The notes: generated from the sequence alone by a model not told the origin. A stretch of DNA of 32,854 bases from an uncultured Bacilli bacterium (GCA_947624125.1 CANQIY010000002.1:1-32854); one strand, 5' to 3'; positions 8,113 through 18,622 are shown, counted from the stretch's first letter. Program-made: numbers and translations.

Positions 8113-8835
8113 ATGAATAAAAAGGGAAAAGACAGCAAGAAGTATGATGATAAAGAAGATTTAGAAATAACAAAAGTTGCTAAAGGTAGCGAAAACTCCC
8201 AAATGCTTTTATTTGTTGTGTTAATCTTTTTATTTGGATTAACTCTTTTTGCATCGCTTACTTTTATTGGCTCTTATTATATTAATAAAAACAAACAATA
8301 CGTTAATACAGAATATATAAATATTGATAAAAATAAAAATCATGTTTTAATAACCAACAATGGTAAAATTTCGATGGCACTAAAAGAGAGTGATTTAGAT
8401 ACAAGTGGCGAAAAAGTTATTATTGAAAAATATACAGCAATTGAACTTAAAACAGATAGAGATGCCAAAGAAGATGGGAAAATAAAATATTCGGTTCGTT
8501 ATAATATTGAAGAAAATGATTATGATAAGAATGTTATTGCTACTAATTATAGTGATTATTTAGTACGATTTGCTTATTCTTATGATAATAATGAGTGGAT
8601 ATATGTAAATAATGCAATATCAAATATGAATAATACTTTAACACCTTTAATGGGTAATTATTATGATGTAGCAGGAATAACGGGACCGCTAAATGTTGTA
8701 AGTAAATATGAACTTAGTGTTAACCCAGGAAAAAGTAAGAAAATGTATTGGAAAAGTGAAACAATTATTAATAAAAATGCCGATAATATCGATAAAGCAG
8801 TAAGGGCTGAATTTAAAATTACATATGATGAATAG
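8113..8835 (+). CDS. Membrane-anchored or secreted protein of unknown function
   Basis: Charged N-terminus, single hydrophobic segment (MLLFVVLIFLFGLTLFASLTFIG), RBS AGAGGAG. Sits directly upstream of a SipW-type signal peptidase. Confidence 0.55.
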   Translation: MNKKGKDSKKYDDKEDLEITKVAKGSENSQMLLFVVLIFLFGLTLFASLTFIGSYYINKNKQYVNTEYINIDKNKNHVLITNNGKISMALKESDLDTSGEKVIIEKYTAIELKTDRDAKEDGKIKYSVRYNIEENDYDKNVIATNYSDYLVRFAYSYDNNEWIYVNNAISNMNNTLTPLMGNYYDVAGITGPLNVVSKYELSVNPGKSKKMYWKSETIINKNADNIDKAVRAEFKITYDE

Positions 8836-8896
8836 ATAATTTAATTGTTATTATGGAAAAAAATGTTTATAATATAGTTAGAATAGGACGAGTTGT

Positions 8897-9601
8897 ATGG
8901 AAAATAAAATAGATGAAACACATTACAATCTTAAAGGTTTATTAAAATATATTACAACTGTAGTCAGTTGGACAATTTTTGTATTGCTTATTATTGTTTG
9001 TATACTACTCACATATTATTTTATCTCAGTTAAATTATATGCAACTAAGGGTGAAAAATATAAACCTAAATTTTCTGTTTATACGATAGTTAGTCAAAGT
9101 ATGGAACCAACCATAAATGTATATGATGTTATTGTTAATACCAAGGTTGATGAACCAAGTTCGATTAAAGTTAATGACGTTATAACCTTTACTTCAACTT
9201 GGCAAGTAACTTATGGAATGACGATTACGCACCGGGTGGTTGGGACTAAAAATTTAGATGATGGTTCTCTATGTTTTATTACAAGAGGAGATAATAATAC
9301 CCAAGAAGATGAAGGTTGCGTTAAAGAGTCAAATGTTATTGGGGTTGTAAAAGCTGTTATTCCTAGTTTAGGTAAAATTCAAGCCTTTTTAGGTACAAGT
9401 TTAGGTTGGATTACAATTATTTTAATCCCCGCCCTATATATTATAGTTAAAGATATCATTAAATTAATTGCACTTGTTAGTCATAAAGAAGAAGTATTAA
9501 ATAAAGAAATAATATTACCAACGAAAACTGTTAGTAAAGAAAAAAGATTAGAACAAGCTTATAAAGATATTATGAAGGTCAAAAAGAAAAGAAAAAAATA
9601 A
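8897..9601 (+). CDS. Signal peptidase I, SipW-like (S26B, archaeal/ER type)
   Basis: SQSMEPT (catalytic Ser box), ITHRVVG (His box), RGDNN. N- and C-terminal TM helices. Confidence 0.75.
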   Translation: MENKIDETHYNLKGLLKYITTVVSWTIFVLLIIVCILLTYYFISVKLYATKGEKYKPKFSVYTIVSQSMEPTINVYDVIVNTKVDEPSSIKVNDVITFTSTWQVTYGMTITHRVVGTKNLDDGSLCFITRGDNNTQEDEGCVKESNVIGVVKAVIPSLGKIQAFLGTSLGWITIILIPALYIIVKDIIKLIALVSHKEEVLNKEIILPTKTVSKEKRLEQAYKDIMKVKKKRKK

Positions 9602-9696
9602 GAAAAGATTTAGGTAAATTAAGAAATACTTAAATCTTTTTTCATTGCATTTTATCCTTTAATGTTATATAATTTTCTTTGAGAAGGAAGTGCATT

Positions 9697-10236
9697 ATGG
9701 AATTAAAAGGTTCAAAAACAGAAGCCAATTTAATGGCGGCATTTGCGGGTGAAAGTCAAGCTCGTAATAAATATACTTATTATGCTAGTAAAGCAAGAAA
9801 AGATGGTTATGAACAAATCGCAGCCATTTTTGAAGAAACAGCAAATAATGAAAAAGAACATGCTAAATTATGGTTTAAAGAATTGCATGGTGGTGATGTT
9901 CCGGATACTCATACAAACTTAGAAGATGCTGCTGCTGGTGAAAATTATGAATGGACAGATATGTATAAAGAATTTGCAGAAGTTGCGAAAGAAGAAGGAT
10001 TTACAAGAATAGCTAATTTATTTGAAAGTGTCGGAGCAATAGAAAAAGAACATGAAGAAAGATATAGAAAGTTAATAGCTAATATCGATGAAGATTTAGT
10101 TTTCTCAAGTGAAGGTGATACAATTTGGATTTGCCGTAACTGCGGTCATGTTGTAATTGGTAAAAAAGCTCCAGAGGTATGTCCAGTTTGTAAACATGCC
10201 AAAAGTTTCTTTGAAAGAAAAGCCAATAATTATTAA
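9697..10236 (+). CDS. rbr: Rubrerythrin
   Basis: [12 protein letters not shown] and EKEHAKLW / EKEHEERY diiron helices, plus a C-terminal rubredoxin CRNCG...CPVC. Start moved to ATG 9697 (GAAGGAAG RBS). Confidence 0.9.
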   Translation: MELKGSKTEANLMAAFAGESQARNKYTYYASKARKDGYEQIAAIFEETANNEKEHAKLWFKELHGGDVPDTHTNLEDAAAGENYEWTDMYKEFAEVAKEEGFTRIANLFESVGAIEKEHEERYRKLIANIDEDLVFSSEGDTIWICRNCGHVVIGKKAPEVCPVCKHAKSFFERKANNY

Positions 10237-10261
10237 AAAATATGATGATTTAAATTAAGTA

Positions 10262-10462
10262 GGTTAATGAGTTCTTAAAAAGAGATAAAATACCATGGGT
10301 GAAAGTATTTTAAGATAAACATTTAACTGAATTTCCTTTAATGAATATTTTAAGAGTAATTCACGTTACGAATTAAAGTGTATGATAATTTCATAAAAAA
10401 AGGTGGTACCGCGGGGAAACTCGTCCTTAACTCTTCTTTTATGAAATTTTTCTTTTTAATTT
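10262..10462 (+). promoter_or_regulatory. T-box riboswitch leader of pheST
   Basis: AGAGA (10281-10285), GGGTGAAAG distal-loop-like element (10296-10304), and the conserved T-box core GGTGGTACCGCG (10402-10413). A 12-bp helix (10387-10398 / 10437-10448) is followed by a T-run. Location upstream of pheS is typical for Firmicutes. Confidence 0.8.
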
Positions 10463-10486
10463 AGGTATAATGGAAGGAGAATATCA

Positions 10487-11536
10487 ATGAATAATGATAA
10501 AATAGAAAGTATAAAAAAAGAATTAAATGGGATATTTAAAAATATTAAAGATGAAATAGAATTAGAAAATATCAAAAATGAATATTTAGGTAAAAATGGT
10601 AAAATTACTAGTTTAAGTCAACTTATTAGAGAAATACCTAATGAAGAGAAAAAGAATTTTGGGATGCAAATAAATGAACTTAAAAATATTTTTAATGAAG
10701 AATATAATAATTTAAAAAATAAATTAGAAGAGATGAAAATATTAGCTAAGTTAAATGAAGAAGCAATTGATGTAACATTACCTAGTACAAAAATACCTAG
10801 TGGAGCAGCTCATCCTATTGAAAGAATAATTGAAAGTTTGGAAAGTCTTTTAATGAGTATGGGTTATGATGTAGTAGAGGGACCGGAAATAGAGAAAGAT
10901 TTATATAATTTTGAATTATTAAATTTACCGAAAGGTCATCCAGCAAGAGATGCCCAAGATACATTTTATATTAAAGGAGAAGAATATTTACTTCGGAGTC
11001 AAACAAGTCCTGTACAAGTAAGAGAAATGCTTGCTCACGAAGGACATGAACCAATAAGAATAATTTGTCCAGGTAAAACTTATCGAAGAGATGAAGATGA
11101 TGCTACTCATTCCCATGAATTTACGCAAATGGAAGGTTTATTAATTGATAAAAATATTACGTTAGGTGATTTAAAAGGGACATTTGAAAGTATTGCCAAA
11201 ATGTTATTTGGTAATACAAGGGAAACAAGATTTAGACCTAGTTTTTATCCATTTACTGAACCAAGTGTAGAAATGGATATAAGTTGTTTTAATTGTCATG
11301 GTAAAGGATGTAATATATGTAAAGGAACAGGTTGGATTACAGTTGGCGGAGCTGGGATGGTTAATCCAATTGTGTTAAAAAATTGTGGTTATGACCCTAA
11401 AGAATGGAATGGTTTTGCATTTGGTTTTGGGCTTGAGCGACTTGCGATGTTAAAATATGGTATAAATGATATAAGAGTCTTCTATATTAATCATGATATG
11501 CGAACTTTAGAACAATTTGACAGGAGGGAATATTAA
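10487..11536 (+). CDS. pheS: Phenylalanine--tRNA ligase alpha subunit
   Basis: Class II aaRS motifs (HPARDAQDTFY, RSQTSPVQ, FRPSFYPFTEPS, GAGMVNP...GFGLERLAM). RBS GGAAGGAGA. Confidence 0.95.
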   Translation: MNNDKIESIKKELNGIFKNIKDEIELENIKNEYLGKNGKITSLSQLIREIPNEEKKNFGMQINELKNIFNEEYNNLKNKLEEMKILAKLNEEAIDVTLPSTKIPSGAAHPIERIIESLESLLMSMGYDVVEGPEIEKDLYNFELLNLPKGHPARDAQDTFYIKGEEYLLRSQTSPVQVREMLAHEGHEPIRIICPGKTYRRDEDDATHSHEFTQMEGLLIDKNITLGDLKGTFESIAKMLFGNTRETRFRPSFYPFTEPSVEMDISCFNCHGKGCNICKGTGWITVGGAGMVNPIVLKNCGYDPKEWNGFAFGFGLERLAMLKYGINDIRVFYINHDMRTLEQFDRREY

Positions 11537-11537
11537 G

Positions 11538-13928
11538 ATGGCTTTAAGTTTAAATTGGGTTAATGATTATATTGATATAAAAAAAGAAGATAAAAAAGCT
11601 TTAGCTGATAAAATAACTAAAGCCGGAATAAATGTGGAAAAAGTTACTTCTTTCAACATTGAAAATTTAGTAATAGGTGAAATAGTTGCTTGTGAAATGC
11701 ATCCGGATAGTGACCATTTACATGTTTGTAAAGTCGATATAAAAAGTGATATTTTAAATATTGTATGTGGAGCAAGTAATGTTCGGGTAGGTCTTAAAGT
11801 AATAGTGGCATTACCCGGTGCTATATTACCTGGTAATTTTGAAATTAAAAAAAGCAAAATAAGAGGAGTCGAATCAAATGGGATGCTTTGTGCCTTATTT
11901 GAATTAGGTTTAGAAGAAAAAACAGAGGAAACTTATCAAAAAGGTATTTGTGAATTACCATCTGATGCTCCTTTAGGAGAAAATGCTTTAGAATACTTAG
12001 GTTATGATGATACAATATATGAATTAGATTTAAATCCTAATCGAACTGACTGTAATAATCATCTTCCTTTTGCTTATGAAATCGGTGCTGTTTTAGGTAA
12101 AAAGGTAGTAGAACCCGATATTAGTTTTAAAGAAAGTAATGATGATATTAATAAAGAAGTTACTTTAAAAGTTGAGACTGAAAATGTATCTATGTACAAT
12201 TTAATGGTTGCTAAAGATGTTACGATTAAAGAAAGTCCTAATTTTATTAAAAGAAGATTAGAAGTAGCGGGTGTAAGAAGTATTAATAATGTAGTTGATA
12301 TTTCTAATTATGTTATGCTTGAATATGGGCAACCTCTTCACTTCTTTGATAAAGATAGTGTTGGTAATGAAATTGTCGTAAGAATGGCTCATGATAAAGA
12401 AACAATTGTTACCTTAGATAAAGAAGAAAGAGTTTTAACTAAAGATGATATAGTAATAACAGATGGAAAAAAATCTCTTTGTGTTGCTGGAGTTATGGGT
12501 GGTTTAAATAGTGGAATAACTGATAATACTAAAAATATTTTAATTGAGTCAGCGATTTTTAACCCTTATAATATCCGTTATACTTCCCTTCGTTTAGGCT
12601 TACGGAGTGAAGCTAGTTTAAGATTAGAAAAACCACTTAGTTATGAATACACCGAAAAAGCAATTAAAAGAGCATGTCATTTATTAGAAAAGTATGCTGA
12701 TGCTAAAATTGTTAAGGGAATTGTTACTTATGACAAAACAGATAAAAAAACTAAAAATATTTCAGTAACTTTAAAAGAAATTAATTCTATTTTAGGAATG
12801 ACTTTAACAGATGAAGAAGTTATCAATATTTTACAAAATTTAGGTTTTACCTATCATAAAGAACAAGAAGAATATCATGTAGAAATTCCTTTAAGAAGAC
12901 AAGATATTTATGAACAAAAAGAAGATTTAATTGAAGAAATTGGTCGTTTACATGGTTATGATAATATAAAACCAACTCTTCCTATTGTAGAAACTAAAAA
13001 AGGTGTTTATAAAGAAAATATTCATTTAAGAAAAATGATATCTAAAAGAATGCGTTCTTTAGGTTTTAATGAAGTAAGAACATATACTTTAGTTAGTGAA
13101 GAAGAAATAACGAAGTTTAATTATGATAATAAAGAATTTATTAAATTATTAAGACCAATGTTAAAAGAAAAGGCTTATGTAAGACAAAATATAGTAAATA
13201 GTTTATTTGATATATATAATTATAATATTAATAAAAAAATAAAAGATATATTAATATATGAAATATCTAATGTTTATGGTTTAGAAAATGAAGATTATCA
13301 AGAAGATACTAAATTATCATTTTTACTATCAGGTAAATATATTATTAATACATGGAATAATAATAATTTAGAAATAGATTTTTATTTATTAAAGGGAATA
13401 GTAGAAAATTTATTAAATTATTTAGGGTTAGAAAATAGATATACTTTTAAATTAAGTTCGAATGTTCCTAAAGAAATCCATCCTAAAATAAATAGTGAAA
13501 TAATAATAGATAATAAAAATATAGGTTATTTTGGTAAACTTCATCCAAATATATCTAAAAATGATGTATATGTTTGTGAAATATCTTTAACTAAATTATT
13601 TAATTGTAAAACAAGTGATGTTAAATATAAAGAATTAAATAAATTTCCAACAATTCAAAAAGATTTGGCTTTTATAGTTGATAATAATATTGATAGTATG
13701 GAAATTTATAATGAAATAAAAAGAGCTGGGGGAAAATTACTTACTAATATTGTTATTTTTGATGTTTATAAAGGGGATAAAATAGATAAAAATAAAAAAT
13801 CTATTGCTTATAATTTAACTTTTGAAGATTATAATAGAACTTTAACTGAAGAAGAAGTTATGGTTAAATTTAAAGATATAATTAATTCAGTTGAGAAAAA
13901 ATTTAATGCTATTTTAAGAGATAAATAG
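11538..13928 (+). CDS. pheT: Phenylalanine--tRNA ligase beta subunit
   Basis: Start moved to ATG 11538 (MALSLNWVNDYI), 1 nt after the pheS stop, with RBS AGGAGGG. N-terminal tRNA-binding domain (HPDSDHLHVCKVD), B3/4, B5 and FDX-ACB-like C-terminus. Confidence 0.95.
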   Translation: MALSLNWVNDYIDIKKEDKKALADKITKAGINVEKVTSFNIENLVIGEIVACEMHPDSDHLHVCKVDIKSDILNIVCGASNVRVGLKVIVALPGAILPGNFEIKKSKIRGVESNGMLCALFELGLEEKTEETYQKGICELPSDAPLGENALEYLGYDDTIYELDLNPNRTDCNNHLPFAYEIGAVLGKKVVEPDISFKESNDDINKEVTLKVETENVSMYNLMVAKDVTIKESPNFIKRRLEVAGVRSINNVVDISNYVMLEYGQPLHFFDKDSVGNEIVVRMAHDKETIVTLDKEERVLTKDDIVITDGKKSLCVAGVMGGLNSGITDNTKNILIESAIFNPYNIRYTSLRLGLRSEASLRLEKPLSYEYTEKAIKRACHLLEKYADAKIVKGIVTYDKTDKKTKNISVTLKEINSILGMTLTDEEVINILQNLGFTYHKEQEEYHVEIPLRRQDIYEQKEDLIEEIGRLHGYDNIKPTLPIVETKKGVYKENIHLRKMISKRMRSLGFNEVRTYTLVSEEEITKFNYDNKEFIKLLRPMLKEKAYVRQNIVNSLFDIYNYNINKKIKDILIYEISNVYGLENEDYQEDTKLSFLLSGKYIINTWNNNNLEIDFYLLKGIVENLLNYLGLENRYTFKLSSNVPKEIHPKINSEIIIDNKNIGYFGKLHPNISKNDVYVCEISLTKLFNCKTSDVKYKELNKFPTIQKDLAFIVDNNIDSMEIYNEIKRAGGKLLTNIVIFDVYKGDKIDKNKKSIAYNLTFEDYNRTLTEEEVMVKFKDIINSVEKKFNAILRDK

Positions 13929-14017
13929 GTGGGTTTTCCACTTATTTTTTCTTGCAAAACTTGACTCCGGGGGGGGTATTATATAATAACAAATATAAAA
14001 TAAAGGGAGAAAAAGTA

Positions 14018-16078
14018 ATGCAAGTTATTAACAAAAAGATAATTGTTATTTTTATATGTTTAAGTATTTTTATATTTGGGTTATTTAAATTGTTTAATAA
14101 AGAAAAAGTTGTGTTAGATAATGTAATATTAGATATAAAAGATACTAATAATTCTTTTGCTATTTATATAGAGAAGTATGATGCAGAAGGTAATGCTTCA
14201 TATGTAGAAAGTGAAGATAGTATATTTCCAATAGAAGATTATGTATATAATAAAGAATTAAGTGGATGTTTAGATAGTAATAGTAATGAAGTAGAAGATG
14301 CATTGAATTATAACTATGTAGATAAAGAATTAAATTTAAGAGTAAATAAACCAGTGACGTGTTATGTATATTATGATTATAAAGGTAATGGTACAGAGAA
14401 AATACCATATAAGATAAGAAGTATCGAAGATTTATTAGATTTAAGTCTAAAAGTTAATTCCGGAACAACTTATGCAAATGAATATTTTGAATTAACAAGA
14501 GATTTAGATTTTAGAGATAGTAATTCTTATAATGATAGTGAAAGAACAGACTATGGAAATTTAAATGGAATAGAAGATAATAATACATTAATGGAAGAAT
14601 TAACAACAGGAACTGGATGGATACCTATTGGCAAATATGTTGGTACACTAAGTTTTCAGGGAATATTTGATGGTAATGATAAAAAAATTAATAATTTATT
14701 TATTGAAGAAAAAACTAGGACTGATTATCATACTGGATTATTTGCTTTAATAAACAATAGTGAAATAAAAAATTTGACTGTAAGTGGTAATATTTATCGT
14801 TTAATTGGTGGAGTAAGTGGAGGGATAGTGAGTTTAGTAACTGGCAATTCAGTTATAGATAATTGCCATAGTGAAGTTAATATAGAAAATGAGGCAACAT
14901 CAAATTCAGCAGGTGGGATAGTAGGTGAACTATTAGCAGGTGGAACACTAACAATAAAAAATAGTAGTAATAAAGGAAATATAAGTGGAAGTAATAATAC
15001 TGGAGGTTTAATAGGTTTAAATTTTAATAATTTAAAAATAGAAAATAGTCATAATGAAGGAACAGTTACTAATTCTTTAGGACTTTATACAGCTGGCTTA
15101 TTAGGAAGAGATTATACTGCGACTAGTACAACAACAATTTTAAATTCATATAATAGTGGAAAAGTAATAATTGATGGCACTGATAGAAGTGCGAATTCAG
15201 GAGGTCTTATAGGGAAATTAAATGGTAATGCACATATAAACAATAGTTATAATAAAGGGGAAATAAATGTTAATATAGATGCAACAGCAGGCCAAGTTTC
15301 TTCAGGTGGATTAATAGGTTATGATGATGGGAAGGTAATAATGACTAATTCCCATAATGAAGGTAATGTAATGGGTGGTAATCGAGTTGGAGGTTTAGTA
15401 GGAATTGGTTGGAATAACAGTGTTACAATTATTGACAAGAGTTATAATACTGGTAATTTAGCTCCATCCGAAAATAGTAATTGGAATGGTAGTGTTCATG
15501 TTGGTGGAATTACTTCATATGTTTGGAATGGAGCGAAAATGTATTTATTTAATTCATATAATTCCGGTAATGTCGAAGCAAATTCGTCATTAAAAAAAGG
15601 TAATGCCGGATTTATTACATCTATAAGTGGCGATACTGAAGATAATCAAAAAGTTATTATTTTAAATAGTTATAATATAGGTGATATACTAAATGGAAAT
15701 ATGGGTTTCGGATTTAGTGGTTTGAGTAAAGGAACATTAAAATTGAATAATATCTACAATATGGGTGATTTTAAAGATGTAACAACAAAGTGTGGAATAG
15801 GTTATTTCACTATTGGTCAACCTTATGATGTAAAAAAAGCTTACTACAAAAATAACATTTCAGGAAGTAATATAGAAAATAATGAAATCGTTGGTAAAGA
15901 ATTAAACTATATGCAAAGTGATGCCTTTGTAACAGAGTTAAATAATAATTTAAGTAGTATAACTATTTCAGATTATATAGATAATGATTTATTAACAGAA
16001 TTTAAAAATACAACAGGATATGATTTAACATTAAGTAAATGGACACTAAAAGATGGACATCCTGTCTTAGTTTTTTAG
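14018..16078 (+). CDS. Large secreted or membrane-anchored protein with repeated GLUG-type motifs
   Basis: Start moved to ATG 14018 (AGGGAG RBS). N-terminal anchor IIVIFICLSIFIFGLF. More than 8 repeats of the pattern N-x-G-x-[IV]-x-G-x(3-6)-GG[LI][IV]G. Confidence 0.7.
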   Translation: MQVINKKIIVIFICLSIFIFGLFKLFNKEKVVLDNVILDIKDTNNSFAIYIEKYDAEGNASYVESEDSIFPIEDYVYNKELSGCLDSNSNEVEDALNYNYVDKELNLRVNKPVTCYVYYDYKGNGTEKIPYKIRSIEDLLDLSLKVNSGTTYANEYFELTRDLDFRDSNSYNDSERTDYGNLNGIEDNNTLMEELTTGTGWIPIGKYVGTLSFQGIFDGNDKKINNLFIEEKTRTDYHTGLFALINNSEIKNLTVSGNIYRLIGGVSGGIVSLVTGNSVIDNCHSEVNIENEATSNSAGGIVGELLAGGTLTIKNSSNKGNISGSNNTGGLIGLNFNNLKIENSHNEGTVTNSLGLYTAGLLGRDYTATSTTTILNSYNSGKVIIDGTDRSANSGGLIGKLNGNAHINNSYNKGEINVNIDATAGQVSSGGLIGYDDGKVIMTNSHNEGNVMGGNRVGGLVGIGWNNSVTIIDKSYNTGNLAPSENSNWNGSVHVGGITSYVWNGAKMYLFNSYNSGNVEANSSLKKGNAGFITSISGDTEDNQKVIILNSYNIGDILNGNMGFGFSGLSKGTLKLNNIYNMGDFKDVTTKCGIGYFTIGQPYDVKKAYYKNNISGSNIENNEIVGKELNYMQSDAFVTELNNNLSSITISDYIDNDLLTEFKNTTGYDLTLSKWTLKDGHPVLVF

Positions 16079-16101
16079 AAGGTATATAACCTTCTTTTTT
16101 T
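16077..16101 (+). terminator. Intrinsic terminator
   Basis: agaaggt-atata-accttct stem-loop followed by TTTTTT. Confidence 0.7.
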
Positions 16102-16105
16102 AAGA

Positions 16106-16141
16106 ATAAAAAAAACGAGAACACAAATTAATTGTGTTCTC
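16106..16141 (-). terminator. Intrinsic terminator (minus strand)
   Basis: 10-bp stem gagaacacaa/ttgtgttctc (16117-16126 / 16132-16141), followed on the minus strand by TTTTTTTT. Confidence 0.65.
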
Positions 16142-16286
16142 AAAGAATAAAAAGGGGTTGACTAGTGTGATACTAGCACCAACTCGGTATTTTCCGAATT
16201 GGTGATTACTATACTAATCGATTTTAATTGTTTTGTCAACAATTTTTTAGCTATTTTTGCTAAAAATTTTTTAATATTTTTGAACG

Positions 16287-17684
16287 TTAATTTTTACCAA
16301 ATTTTTTTAAAATATCTCTAGCAGCGATAAGCCCTGTAGCAGCAGCGACAACAATGTTTCCCGCCTTTCCAGCTCCATCCCCAATGAAATAAATATTATG
16401 ATTTAATAGTTTCATATTATTATCAGTAGTTATTTCATTACTAAAAAATTTTATTTCAGGTCCATATAACAAAGTTTCACCATTATTAACTCCCGGAATA
16501 ATTTTATCAAGTGTTTCTAAACCTTCTAAAATATTTTTAATAATACGATGGGGAAGAACTAAAGCTAAATCACCCGCCACAACATCTTTAAGCGTTGGTT
16601 CAATAAAACCTTTATTAATTCTTTCCATTGTGGAACGTCTTCCGCATTTTAAATCTTTAAGTGACTGTACTATTGGTTTACTGTCTCCTAAAGTATTAGC
16701 AATTTTCGCAATTGATTCGCCATATTCTCTTGTATTAGTTACGGGATGAGTTAAATTAACTTTTGAAATAAAAGCAAAATTAGAATTATCTGATTTAGTT
16801 TCTTTTAAAGCATGACCATTAACACAGATATAACCATAATAATTTTCTTTAGTTACGAAACCTTCGGGATTAGTACAAAAAGTTCTAATTTGGTCATTAT
16901 AAGTATCTGTTTTAATAAAAATAGTTGGGTCATAAATAACACTACAAATATCTTGTAAGATTTCTTTTCTTACTTCAACGCGAACACCAATTTCAATACT
17001 TTGGGAAACATAAGGAATTTGATATTTATCAGCAATTTCTTGAACCCATTTCGCTCCGGTTCTTCCTGGTGCCACAACTACATATTTGGAATTAACTTTC
17101 TTTTCTTCTTTTCCTTCTTTAAAAACAACTTCATAATTATCTTTAGAGTTTTCAATAATATCAGTGACATTAGCATTATCTAAAAGAGTTACACCGGCTT
17201 CTTTTAAATACTCAGTAAAATTTTGAATATAAGTAGGAAGTTTATCACTACCCAAATGTTTTTGCTTAATAATTAAAAGATTAGCTCCTTCTTTTGCAAT
17301 TTTGGCTTGAATTTTTTTAGCTTCTTCCATATTAGTTGGATATACTTTACTATCCATCCCAAATTTATTAAAAATTTCTTCAGTATCATCAATTAATTTA
17401 TAAGCATCACTTATACTCATATATTTAAATAAATCACTTTTACCTATTTTTGGAATAAAATTTAATTTACCATCAGAGAAAGTACCAGCTCCCCCGTAAC
17501 CCGATAAAATAGCACAGGGATTACAATTGATACATTTACCTGTTTTTTTCATTGGGCATACTCTTGTCTTAGCAAATCTTCCTTTATCTACTAATAATAT
17601 TTTTAAATTAGGATTATTGCTTATTAATTCATAAGCCGTAAATAGACCAGCAGGGCCAGCCCCGATTATTGTAACATCAAACAT
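16287..17684 (-). CDS. NAD(P)/FAD-dependent oxidoreductase (COG2509-like)
   Basis: Start moved to ATG 17684 (AAGGTGG RBS). N-terminal Rossmann motif DVTIIGAGPAGLF and C-terminal GDGAG. Confidence 0.75.
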   Translation of the reverse strand: MFDVTIIGAGPAGLFTAYELISNNPNLKILLVDKGRFAKTRVCPMKKTGKCINCNPCAILSGYGGAGTFSDGKLNFIPKIGKSDLFKYMSISDAYKLIDDTEEIFNKFGMDSKVYPTNMEEAKKIQAKIAKEGANLLIIKQKHLGSDKLPTYIQNFTEYLKEAGVTLLDNANVTDIIENSKDNYEVVFKEGKEEKKVNSKYVVVAPGRTGAKWVQEIADKYQIPYVSQSIEIGVRVEVRKEILQDICSVIYDPTIFIKTDTYNDQIRTFCTNPEGFVTKENYYGYICVNGHALKETKSDNSNFAFISKVNLTHPVTNTREYGESIAKIANTLGDSKPIVQSLKDLKCGRRSTMERINKGFIEPTLKDVVAGDLALVLPHRIIKNILEGLETLDKIIPGVNNGETLLYGPEIKFFSNEITTDNNMKLLNHNIYFIGDGAGKAGNIVVAAATGLIAARDILKKFGKN

Positions 17685-17770
17685 AAAAACCACCTTACAT
17701 AAGTATTTTATCATAATAATATAAAAAAAACATTATTAATTATGGTATAATGGGTTCATTGGTGATTTAG

Positions 17771-18571
17771 ATGTATAAAAAAATATATATAGAAATAACA
17801 AATAATTGCAATTTAGAATGTGATTTTTGTATTAAAAGTAAGAGAAATAAAAAATATATGCATCTAGATGAATATGAAGTTATTTTAAAAAAAATTAAAA
17901 ATTATACTAAGTATTTGTATTTGCATGTTGAAGGTGAACCCTTAATGCATCCTTTAATAAATGAATTTATTGATATAGGTAGTAAAAATTTTTATATTAA
18001 TATAACGACTAATGGGTATTTAATCAAAAGAATTTTAAATAATCATAATATTAGACAAATAAATATATCTTTACATAGTTATGATGAAAAATATATGATA
18101 TCTTTAGAAAAATATTTGGATAATATTATAGAAGTTATTAATAATTTGAAAAGTGATACTTATTTTGCTTTAAGATTTTGGGTTAATAATAAGAATAATG
18201 AAAAAATCATTAAGTATTTAGAAAAGAAGTGGCAAGTGCCAATTATTTTACAAAATAATTATAAAATTATGGATAATGTTTTTGTTAGTATCAACAAAGA
18301 ATTTATTTGGCCAAGTTTAGATAATGAGTATTATAATGAAAAAGGAACATGTTATGCTTTAAAAGACCATTTAGGAATACTGGTAAATGGGGATATTATA
18401 CCGTGTTGTTTAGATGTTTTAGGGATTTTAAAATTAGGTAATATTTTTATAAATGAATTAGAAGATGTTATAAATAGTGAAAAGTATCATAGAATGGTAA
18501 AGGGATTTAAAAATAATAAAAAATGTGAATTGTTGTGTAAAAAGTGTAATTTTTTAGATAATAATTGCTAA
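17771..18571 (+). CDS. Radical SAM protein with a Cys-rich (SPASM-like) C-terminus
   Basis: CNLECDFC (CxxxCxxC) near the N-terminus. C-terminal cysteines in PCCLD and CELLCKKCNF. Confidence 0.75.
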   Translation: MYKKIYIEITNNCNLECDFCIKSKRNKKYMHLDEYEVILKKIKNYTKYLYLHVEGEPLMHPLINEFIDIGSKNFYINITTNGYLIKRILNNHNIRQINISLHSYDEKYMISLEKYLDNIIEVINNLKSDTYFALRFWVNNKNNEKIIKYLEKKWQVPIILQNNYKIMDNVFVSINKEFIWPSLDNEYYNEKGTCYALKDHLGILVNGDIIPCCLDVLGILKLGNIFINELEDVINSEKYHRMVKGFKNNKKCELLCKKCNFLDNNC

Positions 18572-18622
18572 ATTTATTATTTAATTGTATAATTTAAAGA
18601 AAGAAAGGAGTATTTTAATATT

